A DNA stretch of 62,749 nucleotides, the filler included, from a bacterium (GTDB lineage: Bacteria; JALSQH01): NCBI GenBank assembly GCA_026985515.1. It is 7 parts of 7 records of this genome, joined end to end, with 100 filler letters (N's around TTAATTAATTAA, not from the genome) between each part and the next. Parts side by side here need not be neighbours in the genome. Positions count along the whole stretch, not along the records: positions 10,956 to 30,561 come from JALSQH010000017.1; 6 more parts are not named here. One strand, given 5' to 3'. The position numbers were made by a program, and so were the translations under genes. The notes under the pieces were generated by a model that saw only the letters and a list, made by a program, of their open reading frames with translations, ran no database searches and had not been told where the DNA came from. Position 1 is the stretch's first letter. Each line of letters opens with the position of its first letter. Below, piece after piece: positions 19,964 to 27,357 of this stretch.

Positions 19964-20891
19964 GTTTTTTTTCCAGAAACTTTATCATGGCAGTTATAAG
20001 GTCATTAACAGGAGTGGGAATTCCCAGTTCCTTTCCGTATCGGGAAATTGCACCATTAAGAGCATCAATTTCCGTTTTTCCCCGCTGATGAAGGTCGTGG
20101 TACATTGATGGAAAGTGATCATAGGTGGGAGGTATGAGTTTTTCAATGAAATGCTTGAAGTAATCTTCCGGTTCCTCGATAAGAAACTTCACACCCAGTT
20201 TTTTCCCGACACTGTAAGTCTCTTTGATTATTTCAAGCATAGAATCTCTGAGTGGTTTAAAATCTGCCATTTTTCCATAGTTTGAAGAAAGAATGGCTCC
20301 CAGGGGATTCAGGGCATTATTATAAAGCACCTTTGCCCAGAGGTAGGAGCGAATATTTTTTTCATATCTGAAAGGCAACCCACACCTTTTGAACACATCA
20401 ACAAGTTTAATTGCAAAGTTTTCTGTTTCCCTTCCTCCAAATGCGGGACCGATGAGGGTATCATCTGCGATAACTGTGATTTTGACGTGTCCCGGTTCAA
20501 CAATTTCAGCACCATATATTACTCTGCCTCCTATGATTCTATCCTCCGGAAAAAATTCAGCTATTGTTTCCCAGTTACCAAGACCATTCTGAAGAGAAAC
20601 TACCCATTTCTCCCCAAATCTCTCTGAAAGTAATTTTGCCATCGTTCGAGTATCATATGACTTTACTGTAAAGAGTACAACATCAATGTCCGGTAAATCA
20701 TTTACAGAATCAAAGGCTTTTAAATTTTCTAAATGATGTTCCCCCCAGATTCCACTGATATGTAGTCCCTTTTTCTGCATAGCTTCGAGATGTTTTCCCC
20801 TCCCGAGAAAATACACTTCTTCGCCGCACCTGTGCAGGAAACCTCCGATGCTTGATCCAATTGCTCCACTTCCGGCAATGAGGAATTTCAT
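19953..20891 (-). CDS. panE: 2-dehydropantoate 2-reductase
   Basis: GSGAIG, VKSYD, LQNGLG, WAKV..N, SMYHD, TEIDALNG. Confidence 0.9.
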   Translation of the reverse strand: MKFLIAGSGAIGSSIGGFLHRCGEEVYFLGRGKHLEAMQKKGLHISGIWGEHHLENLKAFDSVNDLPDIDVVLFTVKSYDTRTMAKLLSERFGEKWVVSLQNGLGNWETIAEFFPEDRIIGGRVIYGAEIVEPGHVKITVIADDTLIGPAFGGRETENFAIKLVDVFKRCGLPFRYEKNIRSYLWAKVLYNNALNPLGAILSSNYGKMADFKPLRDSMLEIIKETYSVGKKLGVKFLIEEPEDYFKHFIEKLIPPTYDHFPSMYHDLHQRGKTEIDALNGAISRYGKELGIPTPVNDLITAMIKFLEKKHEE

Positions 20892-20898
20892 AATACTG

Positions 20899-22113
20899 TC
20901 AGGCACCAAACTTTTTGAATTTTAAAGCATGAGCCATTAACTGCGGCATCAATTCGGTACCCCTGAACATCCCCAGACTTCCTTTGAGAGCCTCTTTCTC
21001 AGTGAACCTTTTTGCATCATCTTTTCTCACATATGGAGAATGGATAAGTACAGGCACCGGATGCCAGCTGTGGTTTTTGAGGGGGACAGGGGTGGAATGA
21101 TCTCCGGTTATTGCAAGCACATCGGGGGACAGGGCGAGTATCTCCGGCAGTACTTCATCAAAAGATTCTATATGATGCACCTTTGCATCAAAATTTCCAT
21201 CTTCTCCATAGCTGTCGGTCTTCTTGATATGGAGGAAAATAAACTCATATTCATTCCACTTTTTCTTTAAAAGCTCTATCTTTTCCTTCAATAATTCTCC
21301 TTCACCATCAATGCCAAGAATTTCCATCCCCACAAGTTTTGCCACGCCTCTGTACATTGGGTAAGAGGCTATGGCACCAGCTTTCAATTTAAAAATTTCC
21401 TCAAAGGAGGGTACAGGGGGCAACTTATCAAAACCTCTCAGAAGAAGAAAATTTGCAGGGTGTTCATCAGCAAGTATTTTCGCAGCCTTTTCAATGAATT
21501 TTTTCACCACCTCAGCCGTCCTCTGTGATTTTTCATCCTCTCCCACAGGTTCAAGTGGGGGTTTACCTGTCAATTGCGGGTCTGTATCTGACACCCTTCC
21601 ACCCAGATCTTCTCCCCTCAAAACGAGGGCGAATCTATGCTCAGCTTCCGTTTTAAGAAAAACCTCAACTCCGTCAATTTCCTTTATTTCTTTTGAGAGT
21701 TTCTCAATTAATTTTCTATTCAGATCAGTTGGTATTCTTCCGGCCCTTCTATCGATCACCTTTCCATCGCTATCTATTGTTGCAAAATTTCCCCTTGCAG
21801 CCACATCCCTTTCTGTCAGTTCCATTCCAAGTCCAAGGGCAGATAGAACACCCCTTCCCACTTCATACTTCAGTGGATCATAACCGAAGAGAGAGAGGTG
21901 ACCCGGACCGCTGCCTGGAGTTATCCCTCTTCCCACGGGAAAGTGGAGGCCAAGAGTTGATTCACTGGCAAGTTTGTCCAGATTTGGTGTTCTGGCAGCT
22001 TCCAGAGGAGTTACTCCATTAACTGGAAGATCTCCTATGCCATCCAGAACAATAAGGAGAATTTTCTTATCATTTTTAACAGAAATTCTCCTGTAAAGGT
22101 CAAATAACTCCAT
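20899..22113 (-). CDS. apgM: 2,3-BPG-independent phosphoglycerate mutase (ApgM type)
   Basis: LDGIGD, TPLEAA, PGSGPGHL, DRRAGR, HIKKTD, TGDHSTP, HSWHPVP. Confidence 0.92.
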   Translation of the reverse strand: MELFDLYRRISVKNDKKILLIVLDGIGDLPVNGVTPLEAARTPNLDKLASESTLGLHFPVGRGITPGSGPGHLSLFGYDPLKYEVGRGVLSALGLGMELTERDVAARGNFATIDSDGKVIDRRAGRIPTDLNRKLIEKLSKEIKEIDGVEVFLKTEAEHRFALVLRGEDLGGRVSDTDPQLTGKPPLEPVGEDEKSQRTAEVVKKFIEKAAKILADEHPANFLLLRGFDKLPPVPSFEEIFKLKAGAIASYPMYRGVAKLVGMEILGIDGEGELLKEKIELLKKKWNEYEFIFLHIKKTDSYGEDGNFDAKVHHIESFDEVLPEILALSPDVLAITGDHSTPVPLKNHSWHPVPVLIHSPYVRKDDAKRFTEKEALKGSLGMFRGTELMPQLMAHALKFKKFGA

Positions 22114-22122
22114 TTTCTCCTC

Positions 22123-22614
22123 CTAATCTACTTTTCCTTTGCCACATTCCTCTGGCCGTTTGCCGGTATACAGGTAATATTTAAAGCTTTTCAGCCAGAA
22201 GGGTATCTCATTGGGACATCCTTTTATGAAATTTATGAATGCCAGAAATCTGTCCACTGCGTCAGAGGTGAGGTGATGCTCGATTGCACAGGCATTCTCC
22301 TCAGCCTCTTTTTCAGGAAGATCAAGTACTTCAATAAAGAACTCTTTGAGAATAAGATGCCTTCTGTAAACTTCGCTGGCTATTTTTTTCCCTTCTTCAG
22401 TTAGTTCAACATAACCATACCGTTCATGAGAGACGTAACCCTTTTTTTCCAGTATCTTTAACGCTCCCACTACCGAAGCAGTACGCACCTTAAGATGTTC
22501 CGCGATATCCTTTACTCTGGCAATTTTTTTCTCTTTTGAAATTATCAGAATAGCCTCCAGATAATCTTCGAGACTCGGTGTGAGGTTGTTGCTTATTGAT
22601 CCGGTTTTCCTCAT
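22123..22614 (-). CDS. DtxR/MntR-family metal-dependent regulator
   Basis: EDYLEAI, wHTH, RRH..LKEF, ACAIEH. Confidence 0.92.
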   Translation of the reverse strand: MRKTGSISNNLTPSLEDYLEAILIISKEKKIARVKDIAEHLKVRTASVVGALKILEKKGYVSHERYGYVELTEEGKKIASEVYRRHLILKEFFIEVLDLPEKEAEENACAIEHHLTSDAVDRFLAFINFIKGCPNEIPFWLKSFKYYLYTGKRPEECGKGKVD

Positions 22615-22646
22615 TACTTATAATTATAGAAATGGTGAATCAATAT

Positions 22647-23264
22647 TCAACAATTTCTCTTCAGGAAACCCTCTTTGAGAATCTTTGCTATGTATTTGAT
22701 GGTTTGCTCATGGGGATACCCGAGATGAAATCTTCCTCCGTACAGATCCTCTGTAATAAAGTAATTGAAATAAACCTGAACGATCAACCTCATTATGAAA
22801 AAGATATCTATATCTTCCCGAACTTTTCCCTCAAATCTTGGTTTTATGGTGGATATAAATTTGTCATATAGTTCCTGAGAAAAGAAGTTAACAGCCATGG
22901 AGGCATGTTTACCGCTGAACTCAAGGGCATCAATGGTTAGCAGGATGAAATAACTTCTGTTATCTCTGTAAACTTTTTCTATGATTTCTCCCAGTTTTTC
23001 TATGTTATCAGGAAAAATCTCCTCATCAAAAAATGCAAAAATCAGTGGAGCAAACCTTGTCAGATGATTGGGTTCAGTGAGGAGAGTGTAAAAAATTTCA
23101 TATTTGTTGCGAAAATAGTAGTAGATATTACTCAATCCGACTCCAGATTCCTCTGATATTTGCCTCATGGTTGTATTCTTGTATCCCTGCTGCATAAACA
23201 GATGCTCAGCTGCTCGCAAAATTCTTTCCCTGGGATTTATCTTTCCGGACGGTTTCCTTCCCAT
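22647..23264 (-). CDS. TetR/AcrR-family regulator
   Basis: TTMRQISEESGVGLSNIYYYFRNKYEI; ATG at 23264 follows the upstream stop. Confidence 0.88.
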   Translation of the reverse strand: MGRKPSGKINPRERILRAAEHLFMQQGYKNTTMRQISEESGVGLSNIYYYFRNKYEIFYTLLTEPNHLTRFAPLIFAFFDEEIFPDNIEKLGEIIEKVYRDNRSYFILLTIDALEFSGKHASMAVNFFSQELYDKFISTIKPRFEGKVREDIDIFFIMRLIVQVYFNYFITEDLYGGRFHLGYPHEQTIKYIAKILKEGFLKRNC

Positions 23265-23268
23265 TTTC

Positions 23269-25056
23269 TTACCTGTAAATGTAATTCCCGAGGTTAAATT
23301 TCTCATAAAAATAACCAATCAGTGCATTAAAATCTCTTGCTGTTGCAGGAGAAAATTCATCAGGATAATCTGTGGTCCCATAATAATCTTCAAGGTTAAG
23401 AATATCATTTATGGCTTTTTTATCATTTGCAAAATCAAGATAAAGAAGACCATTAAAAGATGCATTATTATTTCTGAAAGAGATGTAGGGAAGAGGGGTT
23501 GCAAGGGTATCTTTAAGTATCCTTTTTATTCCATATCCTCTGTAAAGCTCTTCGTGGTACACGCCGGCAGTGAAATGGTCAACATCTTCAGGTGGAATAT
23601 CTTTCGGGAGAATAATCCCGTAAGGTCCATTTAATGGATATTGAGATAAAACTCCCGGTTCATATGGAACAGTTGTATCCCATTCAAGGAAAAAGAGATT
23701 TTCATCGGAGTTGTATGGATCTTTTCTCCATGGAGGGAGAAGAACTCTGAAAGAAACAGGATTTGCAAAGAAGGTTCTGAGATCAAGATTAATTACATCA
23801 GGTATAAATCCAGTCAATAATCCATATATGGTACCGGGATAGAGAGTTCCAATTGAAAGGAATTTTTTCACCATGTCGGGTAATTCAACTATTTTTGTTT
23901 TTGCTACAAAATCGAGAAGCGACGAAACAATATCAGCCAGAACAGGGAAAATATCTCCATTTAAACTTAATCTCTCAGGTGTATGGGTAGTAAGGTGAGA
24001 ATAAATTCTCTTCAGGGCTGAAATTCCATTTTCATCTAAAAAGAGATTTACGGAAGCTGTTGTATTGTTTACATACAACCTGTTGTAAAGAACAACATCA
24101 TACTTTATGCTGGTAAACATATTTTTGAAATTTTGATCTCCTGTAATTTTTGAAAATTCCTCACCTCTTTTCTGATCAAGAACAATCACCACCTGATCAT
24201 CAGAGAGAGGCTCAGCAAGCCCTGTCTCGATAAGTTTCATGAGATCTTTATATGCTTCCGTCAAACCTGTCAAAGGATATGTGTAAAATTCCTTTCCATC
24301 AGGAGTTCCATCTTGATCAAGATCCCATTCACTTAAATGAAGAAATTTCAGCTCCGGGTCATTGAGTTGCTGGACAATAATATTCATCAGAATCAGAGGA
24401 GTCGGTACAGGTTCTCCATTTATTCTTTTGTCCTTCAGATGAACATACTGAGTATAAATACCATAAATGTCCAGATCAAGCTCCTGAGAAAGTATAAATT
24501 TAACGGTAGAGAGAAAAATTTTGCTTAAAATACTCAAAAAGTAGATATCAGTTCTATCAATTTTTCCACCCAGTTCCATAACCTTCTGCATATTCCAGAG
24601 CACTGGAAGAGTCTTGATCCTGAGATCTCCACCTCTTTCTTTGGCGATATCCAGTAATCTGTCCATTTCCTCCCATCTTACCAAAAACCCGCTCATGATT
24701 TTCTTTGCCACTTCAAGAATATCTTCCTTTTCTGTTCTGGTACCCATAATATCAAAGCTTCCATGAGGAATCCCCTTTGATCTGTTAATCCCTGACACAG
24801 AAGCAAGATAATCAGCAAAATCAAGGGTCAGAGAAAGAAAGTGGGAAATTGCACTTCCTGTCAGTGCTTCACCATTTTCCGGATTTTCTTTTAATGCCTT
24901 GTCGTAATATTGGGCTGCAAGATCATAACTACCTTTCTCGAGATAACCCTTTGCTATTTGAGTATAACTTTTCTTCTCCTCGCTTTTTCCTTTGCACCCG
25001 GATATTAATAGAGAAAACAAAAGAATTACCGCAAGAGAAACTTTCAATTCCTTCAT
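23269..25056 (-). CDS. Hypothetical lipoprotein with N-terminal TPR
   Basis: Lipobox ISGC, one TPR-like repeat, DLDQDGTPDG Ca-loop-like motif. Confidence 0.7.
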   Translation of the reverse strand: MKELKVSLAVILLFSLLISGCKGKSEEKKSYTQIAKGYLEKGSYDLAAQYYDKALKENPENGEALTGSAISHFLSLTLDFADYLASVSGINRSKGIPHGSFDIMGTRTEKEDILEVAKKIMSGFLVRWEEMDRLLDIAKERGGDLRIKTLPVLWNMQKVMELGGKIDRTDIYFLSILSKIFLSTVKFILSQELDLDIYGIYTQYVHLKDKRINGEPVPTPLILMNIIVQQLNDPELKFLHLSEWDLDQDGTPDGKEFYTYPLTGLTEAYKDLMKLIETGLAEPLSDDQVVIVLDQKRGEEFSKITGDQNFKNMFTSIKYDVVLYNRLYVNNTTASVNLFLDENGISALKRIYSHLTTHTPERLSLNGDIFPVLADIVSSLLDFVAKTKIVELPDMVKKFLSIGTLYPGTIYGLLTGFIPDVINLDLRTFFANPVSFRVLLPPWRKDPYNSDENLFFLEWDTTVPYEPGVLSQYPLNGPYGIILPKDIPPEDVDHFTAGVYHEELYRGYGIKRILKDTLATPLPYISFRNNNASFNGLLYLDFANDKKAINDILNLEDYYGTTDYPDEFSPATARDFNALIGYFYEKFNLGNYIYR

Positions 25057-25081
25057 TACTACTTACCTCTTTTTTCTTCTA

Positions 25082-25110
25082 ATTCTAATGAATGTACTTC
25101 CTAAAATCAA
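25082..25110 (-). promoter_or_regulatory. sigma70 promoter of the lipoprotein-TetR unit
   Basis: TTGATT-17-TAGAAT on the minus strand. Confidence 0.55.
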
Positions 25111-25141
25111 GTTTACCAGCACATATCATTGTAAATTGCTC

Positions 25142-25169
25142 TTGACATCAGAGCTTCCTTTTATATAAT
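25142..25169 (+). promoter_or_regulatory. Consensus sigma70 promoter of the tRNA
   Basis: TTGACA-16-TATAAT. Confidence 0.85.
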
Positions 25170-25176
25170 GATTAGT

Positions 25177-25253
25177 AGCGGGGTAGGGCAGCCTGGTAGC
25201 CCGTCGGGCTCATAACCCGGAGGTCGGAGGTTCAAATCCTCCCCCCGCGACCA
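25177..25253 (+). tRNA. Initiator tRNA-Met (CAT)
   Basis: 77-nt cloverleaf, anticodon CAT, three consecutive G-C pairs in the anticodon stem, R11-Y24, unpaired 1:72, encoded CCA. Confidence 0.96.
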
Positions 25254-25258
25254 TTTTT

Positions 25259-25831
25259 TTATTTGATTAAGTCTTTTTCCTGATCTATAAATTTCCTCAA
25301 CATTCTGGAAAGTGTTACAAAGAGAGGAATTCCTGAGTCTCCCACTCTGTCTAAAAATTCATCAATCCAGGAAAGAATATGTTCTCTGAAGAAATATGTG
25401 AGATCCCGGGAATCCGGATAATTTTCAAGAAGGAAGGCGATAAATTCAAGTTCAATTGGGAGTGAGTCCGGGAGACTGCTTTCCTCGGCTGGTTCGAGCT
25501 GGTATTTTGCATACATCTCGATAACATCTTCAGTGGTGGGACCCATTACCAGTCCATTATTCCTGTAGACAGACTCATAGGGAGGTGCAATGGTGGTGGG
25601 AAATCCAGAAATAAAGAGATTTACAAAATCGGCTTCCACGTCCTGAAAATTTAGAGAATCTAACTGATCCATCCATCTTTCCATTTCATCCTTCAGTTCT
25701 TCCAGATCAATTAGTTCCTGAGCAAGTATTCTCATTTCTTCATATCTTTCCTTATCTGGATAAGAAAAAGCCCGGGCAAACCAGAGGTAAGCCCGGGCAC
25801 GAGATTCTCTGGATGGTTCTGTCTTTTTCAT
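25259..25831 (-). CDS. TorD/DmsD-family molybdoenzyme chaperone
   Basis: APPYESVY and LPDS..IELEF motifs; last gene of the Mo operon. Confidence 0.88.
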   Translation of the reverse strand: MKKTEPSRESRARAYLWFARAFSYPDKERYEEMRILAQELIDLEELKDEMERWMDQLDSLNFQDVEADFVNLFISGFPTTIAPPYESVYRNNGLVMGPTTEDVIEMYAKYQLEPAEESSLPDSLPIELEFIAFLLENYPDSRDLTYFFREHILSWIDEFLDRVGDSGIPLFVTLSRMLRKFIDQEKDLIK

Positions 25832-26520
25832 TTTTCTACAACTTCACCTTCCTGAAGTGCCTCTTCATAAAATTTTCTGTGAAATTGCTCTGCCTCTTCT
25901 GCGGGCTGCAAACCTGTTACCATGTTCCAGAGAGCAAAACCATGCATTTGAAAAGGTGGAAAGATAATTGCAAGGTATATGTGTCCCAGTATAATGGAGA
26001 ATGAAATAGTTCCAGCGAGACTGTGTATGAGTTGCAGCCAGAATTTCAAATTAAGCAATTCTGGTGAATGAAGTTCCCTTATGTAGTAAAGAGCAAAGCC
26101 TGTTACTGCTGATGTCAGGCCAAATAATATAACAAGCCAGACATTATTTTTCTGCCCGGCTTTAAACTTTCCCTGAGGTATACTGACAATATCTTTAAAA
26201 TACCTTGCAGGGGCAAAAAAGAATTTGGGGAAAACCAGCATCCATTTGTTGTCATCTTTATCCCAGGTAAAGGCTTTGACAAGCCCTTTATAGGGATATG
26301 GTGTGAAAAGCGACAGAATTGGCATAGCTACAAAGAGCACACCAAGGGCAATATGTATGGAAAGTGCATTTTTAACTCCACCCAATGGAGCTGCGAGAAA
26401 TCCAAACTGGGGTATGAAGTATGATAAGCCTGTGTATATCAATCCCAAAAAAGCAAAAACATGTACCCAGTGAACTATTCTGGTCCAGAGAGAAAATCTT
26501 CTAACATATTTCTCTCCCAT
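25828..26520 (-). CDS. Di-heme cytochrome b membrane subunit (FdnI/PhsC type)
   Basis: RF..WTRIVHW, four TM helices with His ligands, GKFKAGQK, GHIYLA. Confidence 0.85.
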   Translation of the reverse strand: MGEKYVRRFSLWTRIVHWVHVFAFLGLIYTGLSYFIPQFGFLAAPLGGVKNALSIHIALGVLFVAMPILSLFTPYPYKGLVKAFTWDKDDNKWMLVFPKFFFAPARYFKDIVSIPQGKFKAGQKNNVWLVILFGLTSAVTGFALYYIRELHSPELLNLKFWLQLIHSLAGTISFSIILGHIYLAIIFPPFQMHGFALWNMVTGLQPAEEAEQFHRKFYEEALQEGEVVEK

Positions 26521-26521
26521 T

Positions 26522-27343
26522 TTATTCCTCCTTATTCTTCTCTTCCGACTTCATTTCCTCAAGCTGTTCTTTTATCTTTTTAACCTGAGGCTTGGTTATA
26601 ATGTAATTCAACCCGAGAACACCCAGGATACCTGCTATTGAGAGTAACCCGAGAGGTTTTGCAAGATAGTGCCATAACCAGACACCAACTCCCACTTTCT
26701 TTTTGGGAACTGCATTCTCTTTATCAATGATATATCTGATTTTGGGCTTTGGATCGAAGTTGCCCCTGAAAATATTACTGTAATCACTTCCTTTGAAGAG
26801 AGGAACAGCCTTCTTTGCAAGAGCTTCCTGCTCGGGAGTCAGATTATCCCAATCAACGAAAATTCGTGATTCTCCCACACAGGTAGCCACACAGGCTGGT
26901 TCAAGTCCCTGTTCAATTCTGTGAATACATAGTGTACATTTATCCACATGAGGTACAAAGTGCTCATTATCAGGTCCATACTCTTCCCGGGCCTTCTGAA
27001 CATCCTGAGGGGTGTAGAAGTATCTCGCATCATATGGACATACCTCAACACATGCACCACAGAGAATGCACTTTTCATAATCAACCAGCACTACACCGCC
27101 GGGACCAATGTGGCTTGCACCTGTGGGACACACATCAACACATGGTGGATCATCACAGTGAACACATATCTGTGTCTGGAATATTCTGTCCGTATCAGGG
27201 TAAGACCCCACTTCTTTTTCATATACCCTTGTCCTTACCTTGTCTCCCCAGTAGGCTGTTTGGTTCTCCTCAATGCATGCCACCGTACAGGCGTTGCACC
27301 CGAGACAGGTGGTGGCATCTATGATCATTCCATATCGGGCCAT
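26522..27343 (-). CDS. 4x[4Fe-4S] electron-transfer subunit with C-terminal TM anchor
   Basis: CLGCNAC, CVHC..PCVDVCP, CILCGACVEVCP, KCTLC..PACVATC, hydrophobic C-terminal helix. Confidence 0.92.
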   Translation of the reverse strand: MARYGMIIDATTCLGCNACTVACIEENQTAYWGDKVRTRVYEKEVGSYPDTDRIFQTQICVHCDDPPCVDVCPTGASHIGPGGVVLVDYEKCILCGACVEVCPYDARYFYTPQDVQKAREEYGPDNEHFVPHVDKCTLCIHRIEQGLEPACVATCVGESRIFVDWDNLTPEQEALAKKAVPLFKGSDYSNIFRGNFDPKPKIRYIIDKENAVPKKKVGVGVWLWHYLAKPLGLLSIAGILGVLGLNYIITKPQVKKIKEQLEEMKSEEKNKEE

Positions 27344-27357
27344 CTCTAACTCCTTTT

